64,000 nucleotides of DNA, taken from the NCBI RefSeq assembly GCF_009914755.1, contig NC_060934.1, one strand, 5' to 3'. The number at the start of each line of letters is the position of its first letter. The first letter of the stretch is position 1. Of this stretch, positions 16,130-39,000 are shown in pieces. A program made the translations under genes and the position numbers. This DNA comes from the human T2T-CHM13v2.0 reference genome, Homo sapiens. A model generated the notes under the pieces. It made no database searches and was not told the DNA's origin. It saw only the letters and a list, made by a program, of their open reading frames with translations.

Positions 16130-19100
16130 GCATATTTTTTTGTCTTTTTTTGGATTGTTTATAATTAAATACTTAATATACATGAAAGAGTTCATGTAAA
16201 TATATATATATATAGTTAACATATTCATAGCACCAACCAAGTCAAGAAGAATTACCTTGGATGTATGCCAGACACTTCCTGCTTTGTCTTCCTTATTCAA
16301 ACTCTTTTGCCTCCTTACTTGAGGCACAAGCACTTTACTAATATTATATTCCTTGCATGTATAATTTGATCCTTAAAATTATAGTTTTGCATATATAAAT
16401 AGAATCTTACTTAGGCATGTCCAAGCTATTCATTTCTTGCTTTTACTTGCTGTTTGTTATGTTTATAAATTTTAAATTTTAATTTACATAACTTTGCTGT
16501 AAATTGCCAAATTGTTTTTCCATTCTTTAATGTTTGTTGCTATATACTATTCCATTAGGTAAATATATCACAGTTTTTGTCCAAATATTATTAATAAACA
16601 TTTTTGTTATTTCTGGTGTTACTATTGGAGACCATGTTGCTATGAATATTCTTGTACACTTTTCCCAATGCACATAAATTTCGCATATACTTTAGTGCTT
16701 CTTGATGGTGGTTTTGCTAATTGGGTATATGAATTTTTAACTTTGCTACAAATTGCCAAATTGTTTTTCCAAAGTAGTTTTTTTTTTTTAACCAATTTTG
16801 TACCAGCCAAGTATAAGATTTTCTGTGGCTGTCTAGTATTCACAAAAGGGATATTTTCAGCCATTTGTTTTTACTACCCTGGTGAGTGTGATATACACAA
16901 TTAAAATGTACTCACAGAGAAAATCTCGGGCGCAGATGCCTTCACTGGTGAATTCTTCCAAATCTGAAGACATTAATACAATACCAAATTTCAGAAAATT
17001 TATTACAGAAAAAAAAAATCTCTCTAGATGAAAATAAGCTCATTCCCAGAAAAATCTTACCAAACCTGAGAAAGATTTTCAATGAACAAAAATTATAGAA
17101 CAATTTCTGCCATGAACATGGATGCAAAAATCTAAAACAAAATATCATCAAATAAAACCAATCTTATGACCAAGTGGGAATTATTATAGGAATGCAAACT
17201 TGTATTAAAAAAACCACACTCACCATATACTCAGTAGGTGCAAAAAGAGAAAAAAAGAAATTCTATAAAACTCAATACTCATTCATGCTAGGAACTCTTA
17301 CCATGCTAGGGATTGAAACAGAATCCTTATTTTGTTGGTTAACTTAATATATAATAAACATTATTAAACTCAACAGCCAACTTAAGTAAATCATTGAAAA
17401 TAGTTTCTATCTATGTTCTCATCTGTCTTCCATCCCTCTGCTTACTGCAATGGTAAATAATGTCTAAATTTGGTGTTATATTCTCTTGTTTTTTGGTCAA
17501 CTTTATTATGTATAATCTACATACAATCAAACACACTATATTAACTATATAATACAATGACATTTTACTACTGCATACATCCTGAAATGACCAATATAAT
17601 AAAAAATATTCAAGACCATAAAGCATTATTTGTGTCTCTTTGTAAGGACCTTGGTTTTAAAAATAATCTTATCAGATTGATAGACATGCCTAAATAATAT
17701 ATGTAGTTTAAATTGCTTCTGAAGTTCATAAAAGTCTATTACGTTGTATGCAATTTTGTTGGAATTACTTTTTTCGTTCAATGGACTGTCAGCAGGATTT
17801 ATCTATATTGTTTAGTATAAATTTATATAGATATAAATATATATGTAAAATCCTATACATAGTTTTCCATTGCGTGATTATAACATACTTTATATATTCT
17901 TCTGTGAAATTCGAGATCTTTCAAGTCTGCTATTATAAACAGTGCAACTATAACATTATTGCACATGTCTCTTTTTGAACATGCACCATAGCTTCTCTTG
18001 TATATATTTGGAAATAAACTCTTGGAACAGAGAGTCAGGAAAAGTTCCAAATTTACAAGAAAATAAAAAAATTCTTTTACATGTTTTAGCTAATACTGGT
18101 TATACTAAATTTTTTAAAACTTTCCAATAAATAGATGTAGAATGGTATTTCATTGTATAGTAGTATTGATTTGTATTTTCTGATTGTTAATTAGTTTTAG
18201 TATATTTGAATCTGTGAATAATTTACAAAAATCTATTCTTTGAAAATTTAGTTTAAATTATTACCTTTTTTAACTTTTAGAATCTCCTTTAAATTTTTTA
18301 CAAATTAGCTTTTTTTTTTTAAAAAAAAAAACATTTATTTTAACCTACTTAAAAACTTTAGAGCCATTTATCTTCCAAGTCCACAATGTATGCCTTGTGT
18401 TCTATTGTTTCTTTTCTTCTAATTCTCACTCAGCTGTCAGTTTTCATATGTGCTTCTAAATTTCATTGTTAAGCTCATATTCAGATGGCTCATCTTATTC
18501 TTTGGAAATCTTTTGATTTGAGGATGGGTCCCACTCAGGGACAATTTCTGCTTCCTTCAGCTACACTGGGGCTATTCTAATCTGCAGCTGCTTTTAGATA
18601 ATACCCAAGCCTGATTTTTTGTGTGAATGCAAACCCACATGATGGCAAAACTGTGATTGTATTCTCTTAGTAAATTCCACTCATTTTCTCATGATTCCAC
18701 TCAGAAGCATGGCAGGGACAGCAAAACAGAAAAGTAAGATAGCTTGCAAGCAGCTTATTCCAAAAGATATATTGCTTCTTTTCTCCTTTTTTTTCTGACA
18801 TGTGTGGAATTTTTTTACCTTCAATTGTGCCCTAAATGGAAGGTACACTGTCCTATTGAAGACTAATTAGCACCAAATATATTCCAAAGAGACGTTACTT
18901 TTAGTGCTGGTGACTTATATCACCTCACTATGTTTTCTCACTCTTTTTCCAACAACTGGAGAGAATCCATCAAGAAACACAGGCAGATTCCACATTTTTC
19001 TAAGAAAAATATAAACAAAGTTGAGTTGGTCACATATATTTTCTAATCCAGATCTTGAAGTACATCCTGTCTTTTTCTGTACATGATACCTGTATTTCTA

Positions 19101-19530
19101 TATTTACTGCAGCACTATTCACAATAGCAAAGATATGGAATCAACCTAAGTGTATGTAAATGGATAAATGCATAAAGAAAATGTTGAAATGCAGATATCA
19201 TTTCTATATATTAACTTCTTTTCTTTTGGATATATACTTATGTTGGTTAATGGGTATGAAAATACAGTTGGACAGAAGAAATAAGATGAACTATTTGGTA
19301 GCACAATAAGACGACTATAGTTAATAGTAATTTATTTCATATTTCAAAATAACCAGAAAAGAATATTTGGAATCCTCCAAACACAAAGAAATGATAAATA
19401 TTTGAGGTAATGGATATCTCAATTACCAAGATTTCATCATTACACATTGTATTCTTGTATTAAAATATCACACAGCCTACAAATATGTATAACTATTATG
19501 TATCCATAAATATTAAAAATAAATAAAAGA
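16130..19530. mobile_element. Patchwork of old L1M/L1ME/L1MA fragments in both orientations
   Basis: Sense ORF2 piece at 16900-17330 (cagatgccttcactggtgaattc), antisense 3' ends, and an L1MA 3' end at 19240-19530. Confidence 0.7.
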
Positions 19531-20056
19531 AGAAAAAACTGGTATGGAAATAGGTACATAATACATCTGCTTATAAATCAAAAGTAAATTTTGACATTTG
19601 TTCCTATTAACATTTGAAGTATCCATTAAAATAACTTTAACTTCAGGGTCAGTTTGATAAAGCATCCAGGTATTTAATTATTCTATGGATAAAATGTCAA
19701 GATAAATCACTCTCTTGATTGTAGAAATGTGCAATAACAGACAATAAATGTACCCTGAGCAGACAGATTAATCTAATGAAAAGATCAATATTGAATTGAA
19801 GATTCCTAATAAATAAAGTTGTCAATAAATATTTTTGGAGGAAATAACTATTGGAAATGCTTGTTTTAGTAATATAGAAGTCAGCCAAAAAAAATGACTT
19901 GTAGTTTTCAGAGTAAATATAAGTAAGTGATATGTCCCTCAAATCAGATCCTGTCTCATCAATACTTTTCATTTAAAAATGTAGGCACTTAATCAAAAGG
20001 AAAAATATTAATAACATGTATGATGTTTTTTGTAACATCACACATTTTAATAATCA

Positions 20057-21466
20057 AAGTCTACAGTAAACAAAACAGCATGATACTGGTACAAAAATAG
20101 ACACACCAACTGAACAGAACAGAACAGATCATCCAGAAATAAAGTTGCACACCTGCAACCAATTGATCTTTGACAAAGAGGGCAAAAATAAGCAATGGAG
20201 AGAGGACTCCCTACTCAATAAATGGTGCTAGGAAAACTGAATATTATTTAGAGAAGAATGAAACTGCACAGCTCTCTCTCACCGTATACAAAAATCAACT
20301 CAAGATGGATTAAAGATTTAAATGTATAACCAAAAACAATAAAAATCCTAGAAAAAAATACTAGGAAATACTCTTCTGGACATTGACCGAGGCAAAGGTT
20401 TTTATGACAAAGTCCTCAAAACAACTGCAAAAAAAAAAAAAAAAATTCCCTCAGAGATTGACAATTGAGACCTCCTTAAATTAAAGCGCTTTTGCACAGC
20501 AAAAGAAACTACCATCAGAATAAACAGACAACCTACAGAATGGGAGAAGATATTCACAAGCTATGTACCTGACAGAGGACTAATATCCAGAATTTATAAG
20601 GAACTTAAACCAATCAACAAGTGGGAAGAGGACATGAACAGGCATTTCTGAAAAGAAGACATACATGCAGCCAACACACATGTAAAAAATGCTCAACATC
20701 ACTAATCATCAGAGAAATGCAAATTGAAACCATAATGAGATACTATTTCACACTAGTCAGGCTGTTTTAATAAAAAGTCAGAACATAACAGATGGCAAGA
20801 ATATGGACAAAAGGGAAAGCTTATAAACTTTTGGTAAGAATGTAAAGAAGTATTTTAGCCCCTGTAAAAAGAAGTTGGAAGATTTCTCAAATAACTGAAA
20901 ATAGGACTACAATTCAACCCAGCATTCCTGTTACTACATATATACCCAAAGGAAAATAAATCGTTCTACAAAAAGACACATGCACTCCTGTGACTCCTAT
21001 GTTTATCATAGAACTATTCACAATAGTAAAGACATGGAATCAACATAGGTGCCCATCAGTGGTGGATTGGATAAAGAAAATGTGGTGCATATGCACCAAG
21101 GAATAATACATAGCCATAAAAAATAGCAAAGTCATGTCCTTTGCAGCAATATGGATGCAGCTGAAGGCCATAATCCTAAGCAAATTAATGCAGAAATAGA
21201 AAACCAAATACCACATGTTCTCACTTATGTGTGGGAGCTAAACATTGGGTACACAAGGACATAAAGATGAGAACTACGGACACTGGGACTATCAGAATGG
21301 GGATGGAGAGAGAAGGCAAAGGTTGAAAAACCTCCCATTTGATACTATGTTCACTATCTTAGTGATGGGATCAATAGAAGCCTAAATTTCAGCATCACAT
21401 AACATACCCTTCTTACAAACCTGCACATGTACTACCTGAATCTAAAATAAAAAATAAAAATAAAAA
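20057..21466 (+). mobile_element. 5'-truncated L1 (L1PA16/17-L1PB4-like)
   Basis: ORF2 end plus 3'UTR (gggagctaaacattgggtacac...ctgaatctaaaataaaa). Confidence 0.9.
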
Positions 21467-23250
21467 AGACTTCATCTATACTCTAACTGTATGTTTGTGT
21501 TTGATAGTACAGTAGAGAAATTACACTTAAAATAATTTATTTTATATTTCAAAATAGCAAGAAGAGAAGATTTGTAATTTCACAATACAAAGACAAAGAT
21601 AAATGTTTGAGGTGATGAATATCCTATTACCCTGATGTGATCATTGCACATTCAAGTATCAAAATATCACATATACCTCCGAAATATGTACAACTATTAT
21701 ATATCAATAACATTTTTTCAAAAGAAAAAAGTAAAATGAAATACCTTAATACAGTGAAAAATTATAACAAATTATCCAAGAACATAGGGTTATATTTTCA
21801 TTCATACTAATTTCTAAAACCAGCACTGATTTTGGAGTCTTAAGAGTTGTACTGCTGCCATCCTTGCTGTGTACCAAAGCTTCATCACGGTGACTCACGA
21901 GACAGATAGTGGAAAATTTCAACTCAACTTATGCTCAAATAAGGGCACCAAAACCCAAAACAAGCAGATGGATAGTAATGAAATAATTAACATGTCCCAT
22001 CTATAAGTGTATAGAGAATTAGGTTGTATGTCAAAATTTCCAAAAATTGCAGCAAAATAAAAAATATTTATTGTGTTTACTCAATAAATATTCATAAACA
22101 TTGATAATATCTTGGGTATTAAATGTTTTGAAAAGTCAATAGATTCCATAAAAGAATTAATGTACAACCTTATAATTACAATCCATCAAAATTAATTGAA
22201 AAACAAGAAGAAACAATAAGTAAAATAATTAAGGACTTTAAGAGAATAAATAACAATACTATGGCATTATGAATAAAACCCTTCCTAATGTAGCCAAAAT
22301 GGTACTGTGAGGAAACTTTATCAATTTAAATAACAATCTAAATAATTAATTATAAAACTTCCGTAAGACAGGCAATTGTGCAGCATATTCAGCTTTTGAA
22401 AGTGTGAGGAAGGAAAAGACAAAGCAGACATAAATGAAGTTGTAAATAAGCAATCACATCCAAAGATACCTACTTCAAGAAATTCATATCATATATCAAT
22501 TCTTACACCAACTTTATTTGGCTGAGACAAAGAATAAAATTACAGAAAAAGTAGATTAACAATTATAAATAGGAAATTAATCTGACTGAATATTAGTAAA
22601 AAGTAAATGTTGATTTTTTATAGTAAAATATCAAAATATCAGATAAAAGTGTGTAGAAGAAATAGAAAAGTAAGTGAAAAACTGCATCTATATTGAGTGT
22701 TATGGCGAGGAAATTTCACAGCAGATTTATTAACTAATTAAATAAATTAATTAATATTTATTAGGCATCTACTATTGCTTAACAATATGTTAGATACTAG
22801 AGTTATAAAAGAGAGAGAAAGAGGTATTATATATTTTGATGAAGTTTATAGTTTACTAGAGAAGTGACACATTCTTTAAAAAAAACAGTGCTATTCTTTG
22901 CCAACCTGTAAGAAAAGAATTTAGCCTAGAACAACAGTGGAGGGATTTTGAAGTCTTCTCTGAGGATGTGTAATTGGATCTGAGTTGCAAATGATGAACA
23001 GGGTTGAACTGGGGTAAGTATATGCACAAGGTATATATGCCGAGTACCTTAATATGGCTGGTGTGTGATAAGAGCATATATATATAATCTAATGTTATTA
23101 TTAGTTATTTATGCAATGCAATTTGTATATTTTTAAAATGTGTGCTTTTATATCCATGTATTTTTATGTAAATATTTCTAAAAATTCTGAGAAAAAATGT
23201 ACTTCTGAGGTGGGGAGTGAGATGACATCTTTGATTTAATAATCATATAG

Positions 23251-30625
<7,375 letters not shown>

Positions 30626-30651
30626 GATTTTTTTTTTAAACAACTAAGAGT

Positions 30652-32770
30652 CTAAAGCTAGAAGCATGCCCCTTGAAAACCAGCACAAGTCAGGGATGCC
30701 CTCTTTCATCACTCCTATTTAACATAGTATTGGAAGTTTGGGCCAGGGCAATCAGGCAACAGAAAGAAGTAAAATGTATCCAAATAGGAAGAGAGGAAGT
30801 CAAACTATCCCTGTTTGCAGATGACATCATCCCTCTGTATCTAGAAAACTGTATAGTCTCAGCCCAAAACCTTCTTAAGCTGATAAACAACTTCAGCAAA
30901 TCTCAGGATACAAAATCAATGTGTAAAAATCATTGGCATTCCTATACACAGACACCAGTCAAGCTGAGAGCTAAATCGGAAATATACTTCCATTTACAAC
31001 TGCCACAAAAAGAATAAAATACCTAGGAATACAGCTATCTAGAAAGGTGAAAGATCTCTACAAGGAGAAAGGCAAAACACCACTCAAAGAAATCAGAGAT
31101 AACACAAACAAATGAAAAAACATTCAATGCTCATGGATAGGAAGAATCAATGTCATCAAAATTGCCATACTACCAAAAAGCAATTATAGATTCAATGCTC
31201 TTCCATTAAACTACCACTCAAATTCTTCACAGAACGAGAAAAAAATGTTTTAAAATTGATATGGAACCAAAAAAAAGAACCAGAATAGCCAAAGTAATCC
31301 TAAGCAAAAAGAACAAAGCTGGAGGCATCACGTTACCTGACTTCAAACTGCACTACAGGCCTACAGTAACCAAAATATTGTGGTGTTGATACAAAAACAG
31401 ACACGTAGACCAATGGAACAGAACAGAGAACCTAGAAAAAAATACCACACATCTGTAATTATCTGATCTTCGACAAACCTGACAAAAACAAGCAATGAGA
31501 AAAGGACTCCCTATTCTATAAGTGGTGCTGAGGTAACTGGCTAGCCATATGCAGAAGATTGAAACTGGACACCTTTCTTTCACCATATACAAAAATTAAC
31601 TCAAGATGGCTTGAAGACTTAAATGTAAAACCCAAAACTATTAAAACCCTGGAAGATAACCTAGGCAATACCGTTCAGGACATAGGCACAAGCAAATATT
31701 TTATGACAAAAAGCAATTGCAAGAAAAGCAAAAATTGACAAATGGGACCTAACTAAACTAGAGAGTTTCTGCACAGCAAAATCAGCTATTTAAACAGAAT
31801 AAATAGACAACCTACAAAATGGGAGAAAGCTTTTGCAATCTATGCGTCTGACAAAGGTCTCATATCTAGCATCTATAAGAGACTTAAACAAATTTATAAG
31901 AAAAAAATGAACCCATTAAAAAATAGGCAAAGGACATGAACAGACACTTTTCAAAAGAAGACATACATGCAGCCAACAATCACATGAATAAAAGCTCAAC
32001 ATCACTGATCATTAGAGAAATGCAAATCAAAACCATAATGAGATACCGTCTAACAGCAGTCAGAATGGCTACTATTAAAAAGCCAAAAAATAATAGATGC
32101 TGGCAAGGTTGTGGAGAAAAAGGAATGATTTTACAGTGTTGGTGGGAGTATAAATTAGTTCAGCCATTCTGGAAGACAGTGTAGTGATTCCTCAAAGACC
32201 TAAGGACAGAACTACCATTCAACTCAGCAATCCCATTACTATGATTATACCAAAAGGAAGATAAGTCACTCCATTATATAGACACATGCATGGCATATGT
32301 TTATTGCAGCACTATTCACAATAGCAAAAACTGGGAATCAACTAAATGTGCATCAATGGTAGACTGGATTTAAAAGAATGTGGTAATATACACCATGGAA
32401 TACATTTCAACCATAGAAAAGAATGAGATCATGTTCTTTGCAGAAACATGGATAGAGCTGGAGGCCATTATCTTTAGTCAACTAATACAGGAACAGAAAA
32501 CCAAATACCGCATGTTCTTACTTGTAAGTGCTAGCTTAATAATGAGAACACATGAACACAGCAGGGAACAACACACACTAGGACCTATCAGAGGGTGGCA
32601 GGTGGGAGGAGGGAGAAAATCAGGAAAAGTAACTAATGGGTACTAGGCTTAATACCTGGGTGATGAAATAATCTGTATGACAAACTCCCATGACACAAGT
32701 TTACTGATGAAACAAACCTGTACACATATCCCTGAACTTAATCCTTTACCTATGATTTTTAAAGAAAAAA
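30652..32770 (+). mobile_element. 5'-truncated L1PA11-13-like
   Basis: ORF2 RT (LFADD) through to the 3'UTR aactaatgggtactaggcttaatacctgggtgatgaaataatctgta. Confidence 0.9.
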
Positions 32771-33012
32771 AGCAACTATGCTTGACATCTAATAATTGTG
32801 CTTAAGTATGGATAAAATACAAATTGAGATACATTGTTGGCATATCATGTTAATTTCTATTTTTTAATTAGTTTTCTCTACTCTATACCTTGACTTTCAG
32901 TAAAAATTCTTTCTTGATTTTAATGAGACATTTATGGCATTTTCTTAGAAAACATGATTTTAGTGTGATTAAAAATTATACTCAATGATTAAAAATTATA
33001 CTTCACCTTTAG

Positions 33013-36000
33013 TTTAAAGTTGTTCTTTTTTTAACAATGTATTCAATTACATGAAGAAGTGATCAAAGTACTTAAGATTGTTCTTTTTCTTAATTTTTAA
33101 TTTTTTTATTTTTAATTATGTGGGTACATAATACATGTATATATTTATGGGGTACATGTGATGTTTTGATACCAGCATACGATGTGTAACGACCACATCA
33201 AGGTAATTGGGATATCTATCACCTCAAGCATTTATCATTTCTCTGGGTTCAACATAGACAAATATGCCAGGACAAGAAGAGGTGTAAAATAAGAAAAGGT
33301 GGAAACTGCCTGTGTAACTTTGTATTTGTGTAAACTTAAAAGAAAATGAGGAATATTGACAGAAGTCACATTACTTTGTAATTGTAGCTAGAAATAGCTT
33401 TATTTAATGCAGTAAACAAGTGTCAGATAATTCACAAAATAGTTTCTAATAGAATGAATAAAATAAAAATAAAAGAGTTGACATGTTAGCTTGAGAGACC
33501 AATGGAATAATTCAGCATTTTTATAAAATAGGTTTTTTTTTAGTGAAAACAAGGCAACTGGAACTTCCCATATTAAAGGAATGTCTTGGTGCTGATCAAA
33601 TGCTACCAGGGAACAAGCCACTCTACCTCTAAGCAAGCTTTCTGGAAATTGTCTCAGAGTTGTGATTTATAAAATAAGATTAAAAATTGTTTGCACAATA
33701 ACTCAAACCAGTAGTATATTTTTAACCAGAACATCATTTATTTAGTCAATCTGAGGCAATTGCAATTTTATGTAATCAAGTTAGACTATGATTCATAAGG
33801 TTATGTAGACTACAACCATGCTGTAAGTGGTAATAATAGCCAGTGTGGACACATCTCAGAGGGGAAAGATATCTAGAACCACCACTCATTTTCCATTCCA
33901 GTAGGCAGATGAGAGAGACTAGAGAGCCCATTAGAATGAGAAACAATGAAAAATTGTTTCTAATGAGGATATTCCTTCAGCCTACCCATAATTTTTATGG
34001 ACATGCTGACCAAATTTTCCTATCATTCTTAGCACTTAATGGTTTTGGAGTCATTATACTTCCTCTCAGATATAAACTTTGATTTCATGAGTGCACAAAA
34101 TACTTTTAAATATTTATCCTAAAAGCTTGTTTAAGGCATTCTTGGATATTTTTCCATAAAAAGAATTAATCAGTACATAAATATTCTCTAGAAAAGGAAC
34201 TTGTGGGAGCTTTAGAAGGGCCTAACACTGTAAAACACTCTAAACACATAGGAACAGCACCCAGGACCACCAAAGTACTTAGTATCATGTGAAAAAGTTG
34301 CTCTACTTATGGCAAATGTGTTGTAGTACTAGGCTTGATTTTATTCACTTCCAATACCAAAGGGGCAATTCTTTATTTAAGAGAACAAACCACATGGAAT
34401 TTTTCTCCATGTAATGAAGGAAAACAGTTGACACAGACACTGAGATTAACTAAGAGCTGCAAGCCTAGGAAGTAAGTTGATATTCAGCTAGACATTGAAA
34501 TACCTGTTTTCTCCCAGGATTTATTTATCTCACATCTGCTTAAACCTAGTATTTTTTTAGTGAATCAGAAATATGATCCAGGCAAATAAGAAAAATTTCA
34601 GTAAGTTGGAGTGTAGTGATAGTCAAGTTGACTGATTATAAGAAAGAAGCCACTATGGAACGTATACAGCATAGATGTACAGATGTGCCTCACCCCTCCC
34701 ATGCCACATTAAACTTACTATAAATGTCTATCTGGGGTTGAGACCTTCAATATCTTAAAATTCCACAGGTATTTCTTCAGTGCACTGAGGGTTGCAAACC
34801 ACTGGTCTAGAAACAATTAAGGCTGAATTAAGGAAATCTTGACAATGAATCCCCATCAGAATATACCTTATTTTAGAAGTTACGATTCAACAGTCATAGT
34901 TTATTTTGTTGTTGAATATTATCTTACATAGAACTTAACTCATGTTGACAGCATGTGCTAACTGCAGTCACTGCAAGGAGGAAAAACAATTCATATGCCT
35001 AGTCGGGGTGAAGCTAAAAAAAATGACTTCCCTCATTCAAAAGTTGAAAGAGTTGTGAAATATCTTTAATGAAAAGACAAAGACCACTGATTTGGCTTAT
35101 ATTATGAAAAATATTTTAATGAATTTTCTAAAACTTTTGAAGCATTGGGAAACCTCTGGTTTTTCTATTGCTTGCCCTTTTGAAATGTCGGACTGTGGTG
35201 TGGATGAATAGCCTTCTAAGATGCATGGGTTTTGCACATGATGTTTTGTGTGCCTACACAGGGACAATGCCTATATAGATACAGAATGAATTTGAGGTTT
35301 TCAGTTGGGTATTTTCTTCCAGGTGCAGTATTTCCATCTGTGATAATGTGGCTTTGTGTGGACCTCATAAGACCAACACATCTAATTCTCCCCCCAAAAA
35401 TGGTCAAGGTCATGCACACTATATTTTATGGGTTTTTGGGGTTTTTCTCCAAATTCATATAGACATTATGTGTGAGTCTAAAAGATATCTTCATAAATCA
35501 GCTGTAGAGCATGAGAAGGGTGGTCAACTACTATCCAAGGGGCATAGAAAATAATGAGGGTAGCTTTAATTTGAAATAGAGGTGTTAATCTCAGGTCCCA
35601 GGGTAAGCATTGCTTCAGGATTAAGCATAATCCAATATTTCTCTAATATAAGATTTTTAATTTTTAATTTAGTAAAGTTACCTGGTGATATCTTATAATT
35701 GTGCCTTTCTCAGAAAAATGTTATCAGCCTTGAAAGTACATTTGAATCATTAGCTATGACTTCATCCCCAGAGATTTTGATTTAATTGATGTTAAGTAGG
35801 GCCTGGGTATGTTTTGCCTTGTTTCATTTTTGATATTTTAATATCCCAAGGACTTCAAATGTCTTACAATAATAACATCTATATTTATAGATGTTGGTTT
35901 ATAAGTGTATAGAACCTGAAAATCTGTACATAAAGGAGTGGTTCAACCATATTTACATGGATATCATAAGATGTATTGAGGGAAAATAAGTAACATGCAG

Positions 36001-39000
36001 GACGGGCATTTCTGACTCAGGATGAGTAACAGTGTCAGAGTTTTGCATTTTTTTCTTTAAAAGCTCTCCTTATCTTTATCATAAAATATGTAACAGAATT
36101 TTATAGTGTTGGGATAGAACCGAAATTGGAAAAAATGTTGATATTTTGCAAGGAGAGAAAGGACTTTGCCCTTTTACCTGTGAGGAGTGCTTAATGTGTC
36201 TATTTTAAATTATTCTCATGAATTTAAATTTCCAGTTCCAAGAGTGCACATGGTGGCACCTATAACATTTTCTAAGATTTCCAAAATACTATAAAATATT
36301 CTCATGTTCTCAAAGGCAGAACCAGCCTTTTAAAATTTAATTTAATCAGCACTTTAAAAATTATCCTATGAATTGATGGGTGTAGACTAGATAGTTATCC
36401 CTAACTATTTTTTGTCTCCTCATAACAGAATTAAATCTTTTTAGCTATTGCTATGTGTCTTGCCTGTGCATCTAATGGAAATTGTATACATCCTTGCCTC
36501 ACTGATTTAGGGCTTGATAATATGACATAATTTGACCAATGGGATGCAAGTACAATAAATTTAGCTCCATCCTGGCAGAAGCTTCAGTCATTACATAGTT
36601 TGGTTTGGGTGCTTTTGCTTTTCCCCTAAGTCATGAGAGAGCAGACTTGCATGTTAGAATAGGGAGACAGATGGAACAAAACCACAGTAAGTCTGCAGTC
36701 TTTTAAAAAGCAACATAACAGCAAACCTTCACAATCACAGCAACCCACAGCTGACCCTTAGTATGAGTTAAATGGCAAAATATATTGCTAGTAACACTAG
36801 ACTTATTTGCTATACAGAATTGCTACAGCAAAAGTATAGACAGTTATTGACAATATATATTTAGCTATTGATAAAATGTATCCTAATATTAACAATAGAT
36901 ATATGATTCAAGGGCATACCAAACACATCACCTATTGACAAACACCAGGTCTGGATACGTATCTATTTATATTTCAATGGGTAAACAATGGGGAAACAGG
37001 AGCTTACCATAAAAACAAAACAAAAACAAGGCATAGTAAGCATTTTAAAACCTCAAAAGAAGAAAATAACTCCTAAAAAGGAAAAATTTCTTGGCAATAT
37101 CTGGAATCATCAATATAATGTAAAACATATATCTTATTAGGAAATAGAAGCAGAAAACCCTTAGGAAGGAATTGACCTAGATAAAAAGACAACAGGAAAA
37201 AATACACAGAGAGAAAGTGAAACAATGAAGAATTGCAAAGCAACTGAAACTCAAGAGCAGAAATACATTTCACATTATGTGTATTAAAATGCAGAGTTGA
37301 CACTATGTACATTTGATCAGTGATGTGTGTGGAAAATGAGAAATCTGAGTAGAAGAATAAAGTCAAGAAAAGGATGAGTTAACACCTACTGACTACAAAT
37401 ACAGAGCATAAAACTTAAATTCTAGAGATTCCCGAGAAAGAAGCCAGAGCAACTAAAATATATGGCTGTATTGAAGAAAATTATTCTGGGCTTGGAAAAA
37501 TAAACTGAAGATATATATTTGTATCTGTATACACGCACATACACTTTAAAAATAAATCCTGACAACATCCAGAAAGAAAGAATACAGTTTATTAACTAGA
37601 AAATACACACTTCCACTAAAAGATATCTACACCCTTTCCCATAGTCATTTGGTCTGGTGTTGAAGTCAGATCCATGAAAATTGTTAACAGCATTTCCTAG
37701 GCTACAATCACTGGTCACTGGTTCAGATCAGTTCAATCAGAATTTTAAAAAGATTATTTGTTTGATTCTTTGGTAAAAACAACCCTTTCTCTTGTTCTCT
37801 CACTTGCTCTTTCTTTCTGTCCCCCATCACCCCTCTGCCTAAGTAAGTTTCTTCACCAGAGTGGTTGGCAGTCATATTATAAAAATAGATGAGTCGAAAT
37901 CTCAAAATTCTCCTGGCATTGTGGAAGCCATAGTAGAAGAATGGAAAGACACAATGTTATTGAGGGCATTGCTAAATCAACTATGAAGTCAGACTTCCTA
38001 TGGAATTTATAATCAATTGAACCAATATATTGCCTTATGGTATAAACTTCTATTCATTAATATTTATATTATTTTTAACAAACATTACCCGAAATAAGAC
38101 CTGTTCTCCAACTGGCAACTATTCATTTTCTATTTTTGAACAAGCTACGAGACCAATCTTTCCATTTGTTGGGTTACAAATAAAAATTGAGGCCCTTTGA
38201 GTAAGGAAGGTGTATTATAGATAATGTCAGTCCAACATAAAGATAATTTTAAATGATTTTGATAAATGTGGTGACAAACCAGAACACAAACAATTAGAAG
38301 TCATTCTTTGAAGTTCACTCACATATTGTAAAAAAATTTTTGAAAAAAATATCTGAAAAATCAATGCTGAAAAACCTATGACAAAATAAAGAAAATACAA
38401 CTATATAGCAAAACAGATATTCATAAATATTCATAAAAATAAATATTGATATTTAAAACAGATGAATAATCAATAATGAAAACATCACCATCAATGGGTA
38501 AATGGATAAAGAAAATGTGATATATATGCACACATGGAATACTATTAAGCTATAAAAAGGATAAAATCCTGTCATTTGCAGCAACATGAATAAACTTGGG
38601 AGATACAATGTTAAGTGAAATAAGGCAGGCACACAAAGACAAATACCGCATGACCTCACTCATGTGGAATTGGTTGATATTATAGAAGGAGAAATTAGGA
38701 TACTTGTTACCAGAGTTTTGGAGAGGAGGTAAAAGGAGAAATAAGAACAGGTTGGTCATTATGTTGGCCATCATGAGCATATGTAAATAAATAGGACATG
38801 GACTCTGCTAACCAAAATATTAATTCTCTTAAATAAAAGTATCATATGGTGGTAAATAATTGTAAAGAAAAGTAGATCATGAAAAATATATAAAAGTGGC
38901 ATAAATTCACTTCTTTGAGAGTTCAGAAGAGGTAGATATTTCTGGCAAGACCTAAAGGAACAGGGAGGACATGATAGAAATTATAGTGTTTTATATGGTT

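Noticed and set aside
32966-33002. Short tandem duplications (also near 6698, 47851 and 48419)
   Set aside because: Ordinary slippage products.
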